The notes under the pieces were generated by a model. That model was not told where the DNA came from, did not search any database, and was given only the letters and a program-made list of their open reading frames with translations. Position numbers and translations under genes: made by a program. DNA of 64,000 bases from the sequence record HE978309, one strand, 5' to 3'. Below are positions 55,692 through 62,521 of the stretch, one piece after another. The DNA is from Enterobacteria phage GEC-3S. Each line of letters begins with the position of its first letter. Position 1 is the stretch's first letter.

Positions 55692-55907
55692 TTATTTTCC
55701 TTTTCTCTGTTTACGTTTATAAAAGTAATACATTACCTCATCACATCCGGTGATCCAACATGCTATGGCAGTAAACAGGTTTACAATTCCCAACACACCT
55801 ACTGACGCGGCGCTGTCAACAGACATAGGAACAGTAAAGGCCATAGCTAACATAGCAACGCCACAAATGACATTAAGCACCATTATAATAAGACCGAAGA
55901 AAACCAT
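55692..55907 (-). CDS. small membrane protein (71 aa)
   Basis: start at ATG 55907 behind SD GGAGGA. Confidence 0.45.
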   Translation of the reverse strand: MVFFGLIIMVLNVICGVAMLAMAFTVPMSVDSAASVGVLGIVNLFTAIACWITGCDEVMYYFYKRKQRKGK

Positions 55908-55909
55908 TG

Positions 55910-56089
55910 TCAATCCTCCGACACAAGAAAACCAACAATCACGCCAGTGATAAGACATGATGCGCCGCTAATCAGACAACCCGCACCAAGTGATTCCCAC
56001 CAGATCAGAGAAGCGACAATAACACAGAATCCCCATACTACCGCAATCACAACATAGGCAAGGGTCGCCCAAAACATATATTTGTTCAT
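55910..56089 (-). CDS. small membrane protein (59 aa)
   Basis: start at ATG 56089, ATGA-coupled. Confidence 0.45.
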   Translation of the reverse strand: MNKYMFWATLAYVVIAVVWGFCVIVASLIWWESLGAGCLISGASCLITGVIVGFLVSED

Positions 56090-56274
56090 AATAAATCCCA
56101 TTCACCAAACAAATAAGAAAAAAGCCATATCAACAGAAACGAGGCAATTGATCCGGCAAGCAAAATGATATTAGAGAATCCGCCGTCTATCCAGGCGACA
56201 AAACAGAATACGCCAGTATAGAAGCATAAACCCATTACAAAGCATACTATAAGCAACCATAGACAAAACTCCAT
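56086..56274 (-). CDS. small membrane protein (62 aa)
   Basis: ATG with SD GGAGGG. Confidence 0.5.
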   Translation of the reverse strand: MEFCLWLLIVCFVMGLCFYTGVFCFVAWIDGGFSNIILLAGSIASFLLIWLFSYLFGEWDLL

Positions 56275-56335
56275 AGAAAGCCCTCCATCGAGATAAATTA
56301 GTACGGGTAGGGGACTGCACTACCCGCTTTGTTAA

Positions 56336-56494
56336 TCAACGCAGAGCTTCTTCTAGCGCGATCCCAAACCATCCACAAACAACGCCCATACAGACAGCTA
56401 CAAGAAGATTCATTCTCTCTTTAGGGATCATTGCAATCATAACAACAACCATACAGAAAGCCATTACCATTGATGTTAACATTTGTTCAACCAT
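56336..56494 (-). CDS. small membrane protein (52 aa)
   Basis: hand-read MVEQMLTSMVMAFCMVVVMIAMIP...; SD AAGGTG; not in track. Confidence 0.4.
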   Translation of the reverse strand: MVEQMLTSMVMAFCMVVVMIAMIPKERMNLLVAVCMGVVCGWFGIALEEALR

Positions 56495-56496
56495 TA

Positions 56497-56829
56497 TCAC
56501 ACCTTTAAAGTCATAGACGCATAAACATTAATGCCAGGCCAGTTAGGATCGCAATTATACTCAACATCCCACAAATAAAGCGGTTTAGATGTATCAGCCA
56601 AGTTTTTAAAATCTTCTACCCACATTTCAAGGCTATATGATGGATAAACTAGGCTATCATATCCGCCGTAACGTTGGCCTACTGGTCGGTCAGTAAAAAC
56701 TACCTCAAGATCCGGTAATTCTTTTTCAAGGATAACCGCCAGCGCATAAATCAGACGGTCTTCCTTGTTACGCTGCCGAAGGACCGTTGTCAGTTGGTTT
56801 TTCTGGTTCACTAGCAAGCACCTCCACAT
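56497..56829 (-). CDS. hypothetical protein (110 aa; possible frameshifted continuation of upstream ORF)
   Basis: no SD at its ATG; overlaps upstream ORF by about 62 nt in the +1 frame. Confidence 0.35.
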   Translation of the reverse strand: MWRCLLVNQKNQLTTVLRQRNKEDRLIYALAVILEKELPDLEVVFTDRPVGQRYGGYDSLVYPSYSLEMWVEDFKNLADTSKPLYLWDVEYNCDPNWPGINVYASMTLKV

Positions 56830-57088
56830 TTTCACAGAATGAAATTTTCACAGACACAATTTTACCATAAGTGAAGAATGAATATACATTATCGAGATAT
56901 TCAACGTCACCTACAATCACATCAAACTGCGGATCAGCCACTGCCGCAACATATTCTACCAGTTCATCAAGAGAATGCAACTTAATTTCATCAATTCGGC
57001 TGTATTTGGTTGCATCTTTGATTTTAAAACCACGTTCTTTCAGCTTATCAATTAGAATTTCACGCGGAGTTTCAAACAGTTTGCTCAT
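56768..57088 (-). CDS. hypothetical protein (106 aa)
   Basis: ATG with SD GTGAGGATTATATT. Confidence 0.45.
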   Translation of the reverse strand: MSKLFETPREILIDKLKERGFKIKDATKYSRIDEIKLHSLDELVEYVAAVADPQFDVIVGDVEYLDNVYSFFTYGKIVSVKISFCENVEVLASEPEKPTDNGPSAA

Positions 57089-57109
57089 AATATAATCCTC
57101 ACATTAAAT

Positions 57110-57307
57110 CTAAAATTTGTTAACGACGAATTGCATAATTAGACTAATCACAAACATTGCAAACCAAGTATAAATGCAACAGATAAAAGCTACATACAAT
57201 TCAATCTGGTCAGAGAATACACCGGGTAAAAGCATTAGCAAAATAAAAACAGTAAAGACGCTAGCGATACCCGCAACAAAACCAATATCATTTTTACTAA
57301 TCGTCAT
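57110..57307 (-). CDS. small membrane protein (65 aa)
   Basis: ATG 57307, ATGA-coupled. Confidence 0.45.
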   Translation of the reverse strand: MTISKNDIGFVAGIASVFTVFILLMLLPGVFSDQIELYVAFICCIYTWFAMFVISLIMQFVVNKF

Positions 57308-57516
57308 CAAGTCACCGTTTTGTAAAGAAACACAATAAAATCCAAGACAAGAAAGACAGTGTAAATGATCATCGTCAAGACAGTAAACATTGTCAAATTT
57401 TCATCGTTAGTTAATTCATAGTCGCCCATCCATACAATCACAAGATATAGCATTGAAAGAATGGAAGCACCTACGAAGTTAAAAAACATATTCTTGAGCG
57501 TCATATTAACAACCAT
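57307..57516 (-). CDS. small membrane protein (69 aa; start may be 57504)
   Basis: two TM helices. Confidence 0.45.
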   Translation of the reverse strand: MVVNMTLKNMFFNFVGASILSMLYLVIVWMGDYELTNDENLTMFTVLTMIIYTVFLVLDFIVFLYKTVT

Positions 57517-57688
57517 CGCGGCTTAAGTCAACAGCAATTGCATACAGCATAATGAATATGCTAGCAGATCCAAGAATCAATACACCCTCACATTTTGAAA
57601 CTCGCTCATCAAAATGTAACATTATCCATCCGAGGATGTTAAAGGCGCAGACCGCGCCTATGTTCGCTAACCAATTAATCTTTTTCAT
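57506..57688 (-). CDS. small membrane protein (60 aa)
   Basis: ATG with SD TAAGGTA. Confidence 0.45.
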   Translation of the reverse strand: MKKINWLANIGAVCAFNILGWIMLHFDERVSKCEGVLILGSASIFIMLYAIAVDLSRDGC

Positions 57689-57696
57689 AATATACC

Positions 57697-58023
57697 TTAG
57701 AAAGAAACAGTTTTCAAGAAATCCAGATTTTCAGTACCGAAAACAGAAAAGTAGTGTTTTCCTTTTTCGGTTTTAGAGAAAGCGATTGTCTTCTCTACAT
57801 GGTGACGGAAGCCCGACAGACGATCACCCAGGTCAAGGCGGCAAGCGTAAGTAGTGCCGTTTTCGAAAGTAACCTCGATTTGAGTTTTGTCATATTCGCT
57901 TTCATAGGCTTTTGCTGCCGCGTCCTGTGCTTTACGCTCGAAGTCTTCGAAGTGGAATACTTCGTTTGCGTTAGCGAATACAGAAGATTCAGAGAAGATA
58001 ACTTTAACAGATACTGGTTTCAT
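57697..58023 (-). CDS. hypothetical protein (108 aa)
   Basis: leader AAGGAGTATCAAAATG. Confidence 0.5.
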   Translation of the reverse strand: MKPVSVKVIFSESSVFANANEVFHFEDFERKAQDAAAKAYESEYDKTQIEVTFENGTTYACRLDLGDRLSGFRHHVEKTIAFSKTEKGKHYFSVFGTENLDFLKTVSF

Positions 58024-58065
58024 TTTGATACTCCTTAGTAGTTCGTGTTTCGTTTCGATGGGTGT

Positions 58066-58094
58066 ATTATGCTATACACCCTCTCGCGTGTCAA
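58066..58094 (-). promoter_or_regulatory. early promoter (TTGACA-N17-CATAAT) inside GGGTGTAT/ATACACCC palindrome
   Basis: followed by leader CATCGAAACGAAACAC. Confidence 0.55.
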
Positions 58095-58102
58095 CAACTT
58101 TT

Positions 58103-58291
58103 TTAGTCTTTTTTCATAATTTCTAGAGCAGTTTCTACAGCACCTTTCCAACCCTCCCACATAATGGACATAGTAATGAAGTTAAAGCACCCGCAGGAAT
58201 CAACCTTTTTAGAGATAAACCATTCTACAAACGCTTCGCTCATACCATGCTCTTTAGCGGATTCGCGTAATTGTTCAATTTGGTCTTCCAT
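58103..58291 (-). CDS. hypothetical protein (62 aa)
   Basis: SD GAGGTGA. Confidence 0.45.
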   Translation of the reverse strand: MEDQIEQLRESAKEHGMSEAFVEWFISKKVDSCGCFNFITMSIMWEGWKGAVETALEIMKKD

Positions 58292-58300
58292 AGTATCACC

Positions 58301-58489
58301 TCAACACTTAACGTTATTCAAACGATTTTGAAAGTACATATAGCAAGCATAATTTTGTTTTGGCTGTACCGTATCAGATAAGCACGCTTTTACAGCCTCG
58401 CGGTCCGATGGATCTACGCCCTCAGCGTTAAGCAATGCTAAGATCTGATAATAGCGTACTCTCAGTTGCGTTAATGGTTTCTCTCCCAT
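58301..58489 (-). CDS. hypothetical protein (62 aa)
   Basis: start at ATG 58489 behind SD GGAGGG. Confidence 0.45.
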   Translation of the reverse strand: MGEKPLTQLRVRYYQILALLNAEGVDPSDREAVKACLSDTVQPKQNYACYMYFQNRLNNVKC

Positions 58490-58501
58490 AAAACCCTCCA
58501 A

Positions 58502-58729
58502 TTAAAGTTGTTCTGCAATGTATGCGGTGCATTTACGGAGTTTAGCCATCGCACCACCTTTCATGTCGCTTGCACCTACAAGGTTCATGATCTCTAAGCG
58601 GTCAGTCGGATTCAGTCTAGTAGCCCAGATCTGGTTAGCCAGTTCCATTTTACCCATCTGCGGTTCCATCTCAAACAGTTCGCGCTCAAAGTCGATAATT
58701 TCTTTTGCTGCGTCTTTAAAGTTAATCAT
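58502..58729 (-). CDS. hypothetical protein (75 aa)
   Basis: leader GGGAGAATCAAAATG. Confidence 0.45.
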   Translation of the reverse strand: MINFKDAAKEIIDFERELFEMEPQMGKMELANQIWATRLNPTDRLEIMNLVGASDMKGGAMAKLRKCTAYIAEQL

Positions 58730-58758
58730 TTTGATTCTCCCGTTTCGTTGATGGTTGT

Positions 58759-58787
58759 ATTGTAGGGGAGTTATCCTCCCCTGTCAA
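58759..58787 (-). promoter_or_regulatory. early promoter (TTGACA-N17-TACAAT); spacer palindrome GGGGAG-GATAA-CTCCCC
   Basis: minus-strand read. Confidence 0.5.
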
Positions 58788-58795
58788 CACTTTTA

Positions 58796-58981
58796 TCAGA
58801 AATATGCAATATAGTTTGCCAGTCCTACAGAGTCATCATTCGGCATTGCTTTTACTGCCAGTTCAAACCCTGCTTCAACTTTCTGTTTAGCGGATTCTTC
58901 GTTATAACCCCAGATTACCAGAATAGCTACTACGTTTTCTTTGCTTACTGCTTTCAGTGCTTTAGTGATGCGACGTGCCAT
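58796..58981 (-). CDS. hypothetical protein (61 aa)
   Basis: leader GGAGAATCAAATTATG. Confidence 0.45.
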   Translation of the reverse strand: MARRITKALKAVSKENVVAILVIWGYNEESAKQKVEAGFELAVKAMPNDDSVGLANYIAYF

Positions 58982-59027
58982 AATTTGATTCTCCGTTTAA
59001 GAAAGTGTGTTTCGTTTCGATGGGTGT

Positions 59028-59056
59028 ATTATGCTATAGGCCGGATCTGGTGTCAA
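59028..59056 (-). promoter_or_regulatory. early promoter (TTGACA-N17-CATAAT)
   Basis: directly downstream of terminator 59090-59107. Confidence 0.5.
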
Positions 59057-59089
59057 CAACTTTTTTAAAAAATTTTAGGCAATAAAAAA

Positions 59090-59107
59090 GCCACTCCGAA
59101 GAGTGGC
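59090..59107 (-). terminator. intrinsic terminator with UUCG tetraloop
   Basis: GCCACUC-UUCG-GAGUGGC + UUUUUUAUU on minus strand. Confidence 0.65.
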
Positions 59108-59245
59108 TTATAGGGAAGGTAGCGAATCTTCCTTGTCTCCAACCTGCTAGCGGCCTAGCAAGTGAATGCTTTAGCGTACCGGATCGCCCACATACGCTGT
59201 AATAAATGCGGCTAGGTGACGTCCAAATCATTCTAACCGCGCTGT
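59108..59245 (-). ncRNA. candidate small non-coding RNA (about 135 nt) from late-type promoter to intrinsic terminator
   Basis: TATAAATA at 59250-59257 then hairpin-rich sequence ending in the terminator; the only ORF here runs through promoter and terminator. Confidence 0.35.
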
Positions 59246-59249
59246 CTTT

Positions 59250-59257
59250 AGTTCACT
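59250..59257 (-). promoter_or_regulatory. T4 late promoter core TATAAATA (exact consensus)
   Basis: immediately after stop of ORF 59259-59477. Confidence 0.4.
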
Positions 59258-59258
59258 A

Positions 59259-59477
59259 TTATTTATATCGCTTTCTCTCGCGACGTTTTTGATCTTCTTC
59301 CTTGATAGAGTTAAATGCATCAAAAAGACACATGACACTGATAATGAACATAACCGTATTTTCTACGATATCCCACGGCTTCGCATCAGTACAGATCCCC
59401 CAAACGGTAAGAAATGCAAATAAGGCAGAAGAGATCACAAGCATGATACTTGCTAAGATATAAAAAGTCATTTTCAT
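59259..59477 (-). CDS. small membrane protein (72 aa)
   Basis: ATGA-coupled. Confidence 0.45.
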   Translation of the reverse strand: MKMTFYILASIMLVISSALFAFLTVWGICTDAKPWDIVENTVMFIISVMCLFDAFNSIKEEDQKRRERKRYK

Positions 59478-59656
59478 GGTTTTACCTCAATTCTTCGATA
59501 TTCATCACACATCCACGCAGTAAGCAAGAATCCCAACACATAAGCAACAAAATACGTTAATGCTTCTTCTGGTTCGGTGCTATGCGCCATCATCAGACCA
59601 GCGAGAAAGGTCTTAACAATTACATTTAAAATAATTAGCCACGCAAATAATTTCAT
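59474..59656 (-). CDS. small membrane protein (60 aa)
   Basis: start at ATG 59656, ATGA-coupled. Confidence 0.45.
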   Translation of the reverse strand: MKLFAWLIILNVIVKTFLAGLMMAHSTEPEEALTYFVAYVLGFLLTAWMCDEYRRIEVKP

Positions 59657-59877
59657 CGTTTGCCCCATTTCGGACGAGTCTTTTCAAACTTATACATTAC
59701 GCAACAATCTCGAATCATCCACGTAACAAGAGCACCAGTCAACACAGACAACACACAGAAGAAGTAAAACGGTCCGGTTGCATTATCAACATGAGCAAGC
59801 CATGTAAAGAAAACACATGCAAGGAATGTAAAGAACATCATAAAACACAAGAAAGCAAAATATTTTATGCTACTCAT
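59653..59877 (-). CDS. small membrane protein (74 aa)
   Basis: start at ATG 59877, ATGA-coupled. Confidence 0.45.
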   Translation of the reverse strand: MSSIKYFAFLCFMMFFTFLACVFFTWLAHVDNATGPFYFFCVLSVLTGALVTWMIRDCCVMYKFEKTRPKWGKR

Positions 59878-59984
59878 AGCGCCACCATACAACAGATCAT
59901 AAGAAAACCCAACGCAATAAGAATTGCATCAAATTTAGTGAACTCCGGTCCACCTATCAACATCATTCGTTCCTGTTCAGTCAT
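59874..59984 (-). CDS. possible small membrane peptide (36 aa)
   Basis: hand-read; ATGA overlaps at both ends; not in track. Confidence 0.3.
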   Translation of the reverse strand: MTEQERMMLIGGPEFTKFDAILIALGFLMICCMVAL

Positions 59985-60178
59985 AGATCACAGAGCCATC
60001 TTAAAGCACCACATAAAGCGAGCAGAATACTAGGTATAAACGAGATCAAAACAAGTTGGCAAAAATCATCTAAGGTAACACCGGAATAGCTACCTACTGT
60101 AACAACACCGATCATCAGACACAGAAAGAAAACAAATGCAACCAGAAACAAAGTATTGCTAAACAGTTTAGTGATCAT
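59981..60178 (-). CDS. small membrane protein (65 aa)
   Basis: start chosen at ATG 60178 with SD GGGGTG. Confidence 0.4.
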   Translation of the reverse strand: MITKLFSNTLFLVAFVFFLCLMIGVVTVGSYSGVTLDDFCQLVLISFIPSILLALCGALRWLCDL

Positions 60179-60371
60179 TAGACACCCCACGACGATCAAT
60201 TTCAAAAACTTTTTTATCATCAACGAAGCATGTCACAACTGCCTCGTTGACTTCCGCAAATTGTTGTGTTACCCACTTAAGGTCAGAGCGAAACAATGTT
60301 CTATTAATAACAAATGCTTTACCGATCTTATCCTTACCCATAAATTTTGCTTTAACCATATCCAATTCCAT
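60168..60371 (-). CDS. dmd: Dmd-like antitoxin (inhibitor of RnlA/LsoA-type toxins)
   Basis: 67 aa; MEL..V.F.G...K...D..W.TQQFAEVN.A.V..FVDDKKV.E.D.RG pattern matches T4 Dmd as I recall it. Confidence 0.45.
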   Translation of the reverse strand: MELDMVKAKFMGKDKIGKAFVINRTLFRSDLKWVTQQFAEVNEAVVTCFVDDKKVFEIDRRGVSNDH

Positions 60372-60380
60372 ATTATCACC

Positions 60381-60539
60381 TTATTTGCTAATCGCTAAAC
60401 CCAATCCGAAGAGAGCACCCGATGCTACAGTATACCCGAAAGTTTCAAATGCAGTAAAGATATCTAAGCCACCAGCTAACAGAGTTGCAGTAAACAGAGT
60501 ACCAGCTACGAACATAAAAGTTTTACCGATAAATTTCAT
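60381..60539 (-). CDS. small membrane protein (52 aa)
   Basis: hand-read; leader GGAGAATCAAAATG; not in track. Confidence 0.4.
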   Translation of the reverse strand: MKFIGKTFMFVAGTLFTATLLAGGLDIFTAFETFGYTVASGALFGLGLAISK

Positions 60540-60570
60540 TTTGATTCTCCTTTCGTTTGTTTGTGGGGGT

Positions 60571-60599
60571 ATCTTACTACCCCCGTTTCATGTTGTCAA
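60571..60599 (-). promoter_or_regulatory. early promoter (TTGACA-N17-TAAGAT) inside GGGGGTAG/ACCCCC palindrome
   Basis: minus-strand read. Confidence 0.5.
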
Positions 60600-60605
60600 C
60601 TATTT

Positions 60606-60980
60606 TTAAGAATATTTTACTTCGTCTACAATGTCTTTCATGACATTGATTTCCATTCCGGTCAGAACACGTTGGAACATGTGCTGCACATACGCTTTCA
60701 GGTATTCATTTGATGGCTTGCTATCGAAAGTCTTTTTAGTGTAGTAGTCATCACCGAAAGCTACTGTAATTATATTTTCGTCGTCGTTCCAAGCGATATA
60801 AGCAAATTTGCCGTTATCCCAGAAGCGAGCACTAATTGCTACTTTTGTTGAATCGAATCCTACTTCGCTGTGAGATTCAAGAACTACTTGCGTGCCAGTT
60901 TCTTTATGAATGTAGTAGCGGGATACTAAGTCAAAGTTACGGGTGTAGTGACATTCGAATTTATCTTTAAACATCATCAT
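60606..60980 (-). CDS. hypothetical protein (124 aa)
   Basis: start at triple ATG 60974-60980 behind GGAGAATCAAA; track extension overlaps promoter. Confidence 0.5.
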   Translation of the reverse strand: MMMFKDKFECHYTRNFDLVSRYYIHKETGTQVVLESHSEVGFDSTKVAISARFWDNGKFAYIAWNDDENIITVAFGDDYYTKKTFDSKPSNEYLKAYVQHMFQRVLTGMEINVMKDIVDEVKYS

Positions 60981-61017
60981 TTTGATTCTCCTAAGTGTGT
61001 TTCGTTTCGATATGTGC

Positions 61018-61046
61018 ATTATTCTATAGTCGTTTATGGTTGTCAA
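61018..61046 (-). promoter_or_regulatory. early promoter (TTGACA-N17-AATAAT)
   Basis: directly downstream of terminator 61064-61082. Confidence 0.45.
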
Positions 61047-61063
61047 CACCTAAAAACAAAAAA

Positions 61064-61082
61064 CCCCGAAAAATTTTCGGGG
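61064..61082 (-). terminator. intrinsic terminator
   Basis: CCCCGAA-AAUUU-UUCGGGG + UUUUUUGUUUUU on minus strand. Confidence 0.6.
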
Positions 61083-61089
61083 TATAAAA

Positions 61090-61554
61090 TTACAGTTTGG
61101 TCGTCCACTCCAGGTCTAGATCTTCGACATACTCATGAGATCGGACAATCTCTAAATCGAACTCTAGGTCAGTGCCAAATTTACGCGCACCAACATCATA
61201 AGAAAGCGTGATATGCGGTACATATTCAGGATAATCCCACGTCGCACCTAAAGCAGTTCCGATATCGTGTCTGAATTGCATGTAGTCGCTTTCAAATGCC
61301 AACACAAGCGCATTAGTACCGGATTGAGTTTCAAACACTTTCAGATGACACAGAGAGCCTAAAAACTTTTCACCCTCTTCCGGGATAAACGGAACATAGA
61401 CACGAGAATATAAGATAGTGCTATGCAGTTTATCACGAGGAACAGCATTAGGCAGATCGTAGAACTCCTGCAATTTTTCAATGCGGTCTAGTGTATCCTC
61501 AGTGAATTTAACCGCAGCATATGTACCTTTAACGGATTCTCGAAACGGGGTCAT
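61090..61554 (-). CDS. 57B: 2H phosphoesterase (Acb1/57B-like cyclic-nucleotide phosphodiesterase candidate)
   Basis: 154 aa from ATG 61554 with SD GGAGG; two H-x-T/S-x motifs (HSTI, HITL); position downstream of 57A and gene 1 as in T4. Confidence 0.5.
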   Translation of the reverse strand: MTPFRESVKGTYAAVKFTEDTLDRIEKLQEFYDLPNAVPRDKLHSTILYSRVYVPFIPEEGEKFLGSLCHLKVFETQSGTNALVLAFESDYMQFRHDIGTALGATWDYPEYVPHITLSYDVGARKFGTDLEFDLEIVRSHEYVEDLDLEWTTKL

Positions 61555-61556
61555 AA

Positions 61557-61817
61557 TCAAGCCTCCGTGATCAGTTCTACTTCCTCTTTAGCGTCTTCCG
61601 CTGCTTCGTCTTTAGGGAGAAGTGCTTTCACTTCTTCGACAATAGCATCAAGGGAAACAGTGCCGTTTTCGTCTGGCTGAATACCCAGAATGCGTACCAG
61701 TTCCATCAATACACGCTCACGATCTTTCAGTTGGCCTTCTAAGAATGCGGCCTTTTCTTGAGTGTCAAACAGACGTACTTTCAGGACATTAATCATTTGT
61801 TCATGCTGATTGGACAT
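61557..61817 (-). CDS. 57A: gp57A-like coiled-coil protein (tail fibre assembly chaperone candidate)
   Basis: 86 aa from ATG 61817 with SD AGGAGA; acidic C-terminus; positional match. Confidence 0.4.
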   Translation of the reverse strand: MSNQHEQMINVLKVRLFDTQEKAAFLEGQLKDRERVLMELVRILGIQPDENGTVSLDAIVEEVKALLPKDEAAEDAKEEVELITEA

Positions 61818-61849
61818 ATTCACATCTCCTACTTGTTGATAACTTTTTA

Positions 61850-62506
61850 TTAAATGTTCGCGAGAATCGCGCTTTCAAATTCTTCTAATGTGCCATTATT
61901 TATAATGATGGTTTCACCGTCAATAGGCAAAATTCCTTTTTCGGTGGAGTGAGTCGATACAATACCAGTATCACGCTGAATATGCAACACCTTAGCACCC
62001 ATAGCACGCATGAGAGCAATTTCAATAGGCTGACGCACATCAACCACTACAAAATACCCTTCTTCATTTTTGCGCTTCATAAACTCATCCACAAATAGAT
62101 TACACCAATAAAGCGGATTGATCAAGTTAACCATTATATCAGTACCGAGAGTGGTTAACATGAGACGAATAGACCAGACGTTATTATGTTTTTCGCCGAT
62201 CTCATTAACGACCTTGTAAATCTCAGCCAGACGATCACAAGTAAAGGAGCTACCGCCATACTTCGAATCTAGCATAAGCAGACACTGAATAAACCACTTA
62301 TGCGCGGTGTAGGTATCAATACCTAGATCGGCTTCTCTGTCACGCCCTAACCCGTCAAAGTCAAGATAAGTCAGACCTAAGTCTGGTTGACATTCGCATA
62401 AGATTTCTTTGATCGGCGCTGCCAGTTGATAACTGTGTCCATCAATGATTAACGCGGCAGTGTCTTTTCCTACTCGCTTTTTACCACAAAGTGCAATCAA
62501 TTTCAT
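61850..62506 (-). CDS. 1: deoxynucleoside monophosphate kinase
   Basis: 218 aa; P-loop GKKRVGKDT; long blocks matching T4 gp1 (LGTD, DVRQ, AMGA). Confidence 0.85.
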   Translation of the reverse strand: MKLIALCGKKRVGKDTAALIIDGHSYQLAAPIKEILCECQPDLGLTYLDFDGLGRDREADLGIDTYTAHKWFIQCLLMLDSKYGGSSFTCDRLAEIYKVVNEIGEKHNNVWSIRLMLTTLGTDIMVNLINPLYWCNLFVDEFMKRKNEEGYFVVVDVRQPIEIALMRAMGAKVLHIQRDTGIVSTHSTEKGILPIDGETIIINNGTLEEFESAILANI

Positions 62507-62521
62507 TATATAAGCCTCTTA

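Noticed and set aside
59034-59231. 65-aa minus-strand ORF from the track
   Set aside because: It reads straight through a strong intrinsic terminator and an early promoter and starts inside a late-promoter region; more consistent with a non-coding RNA locus.
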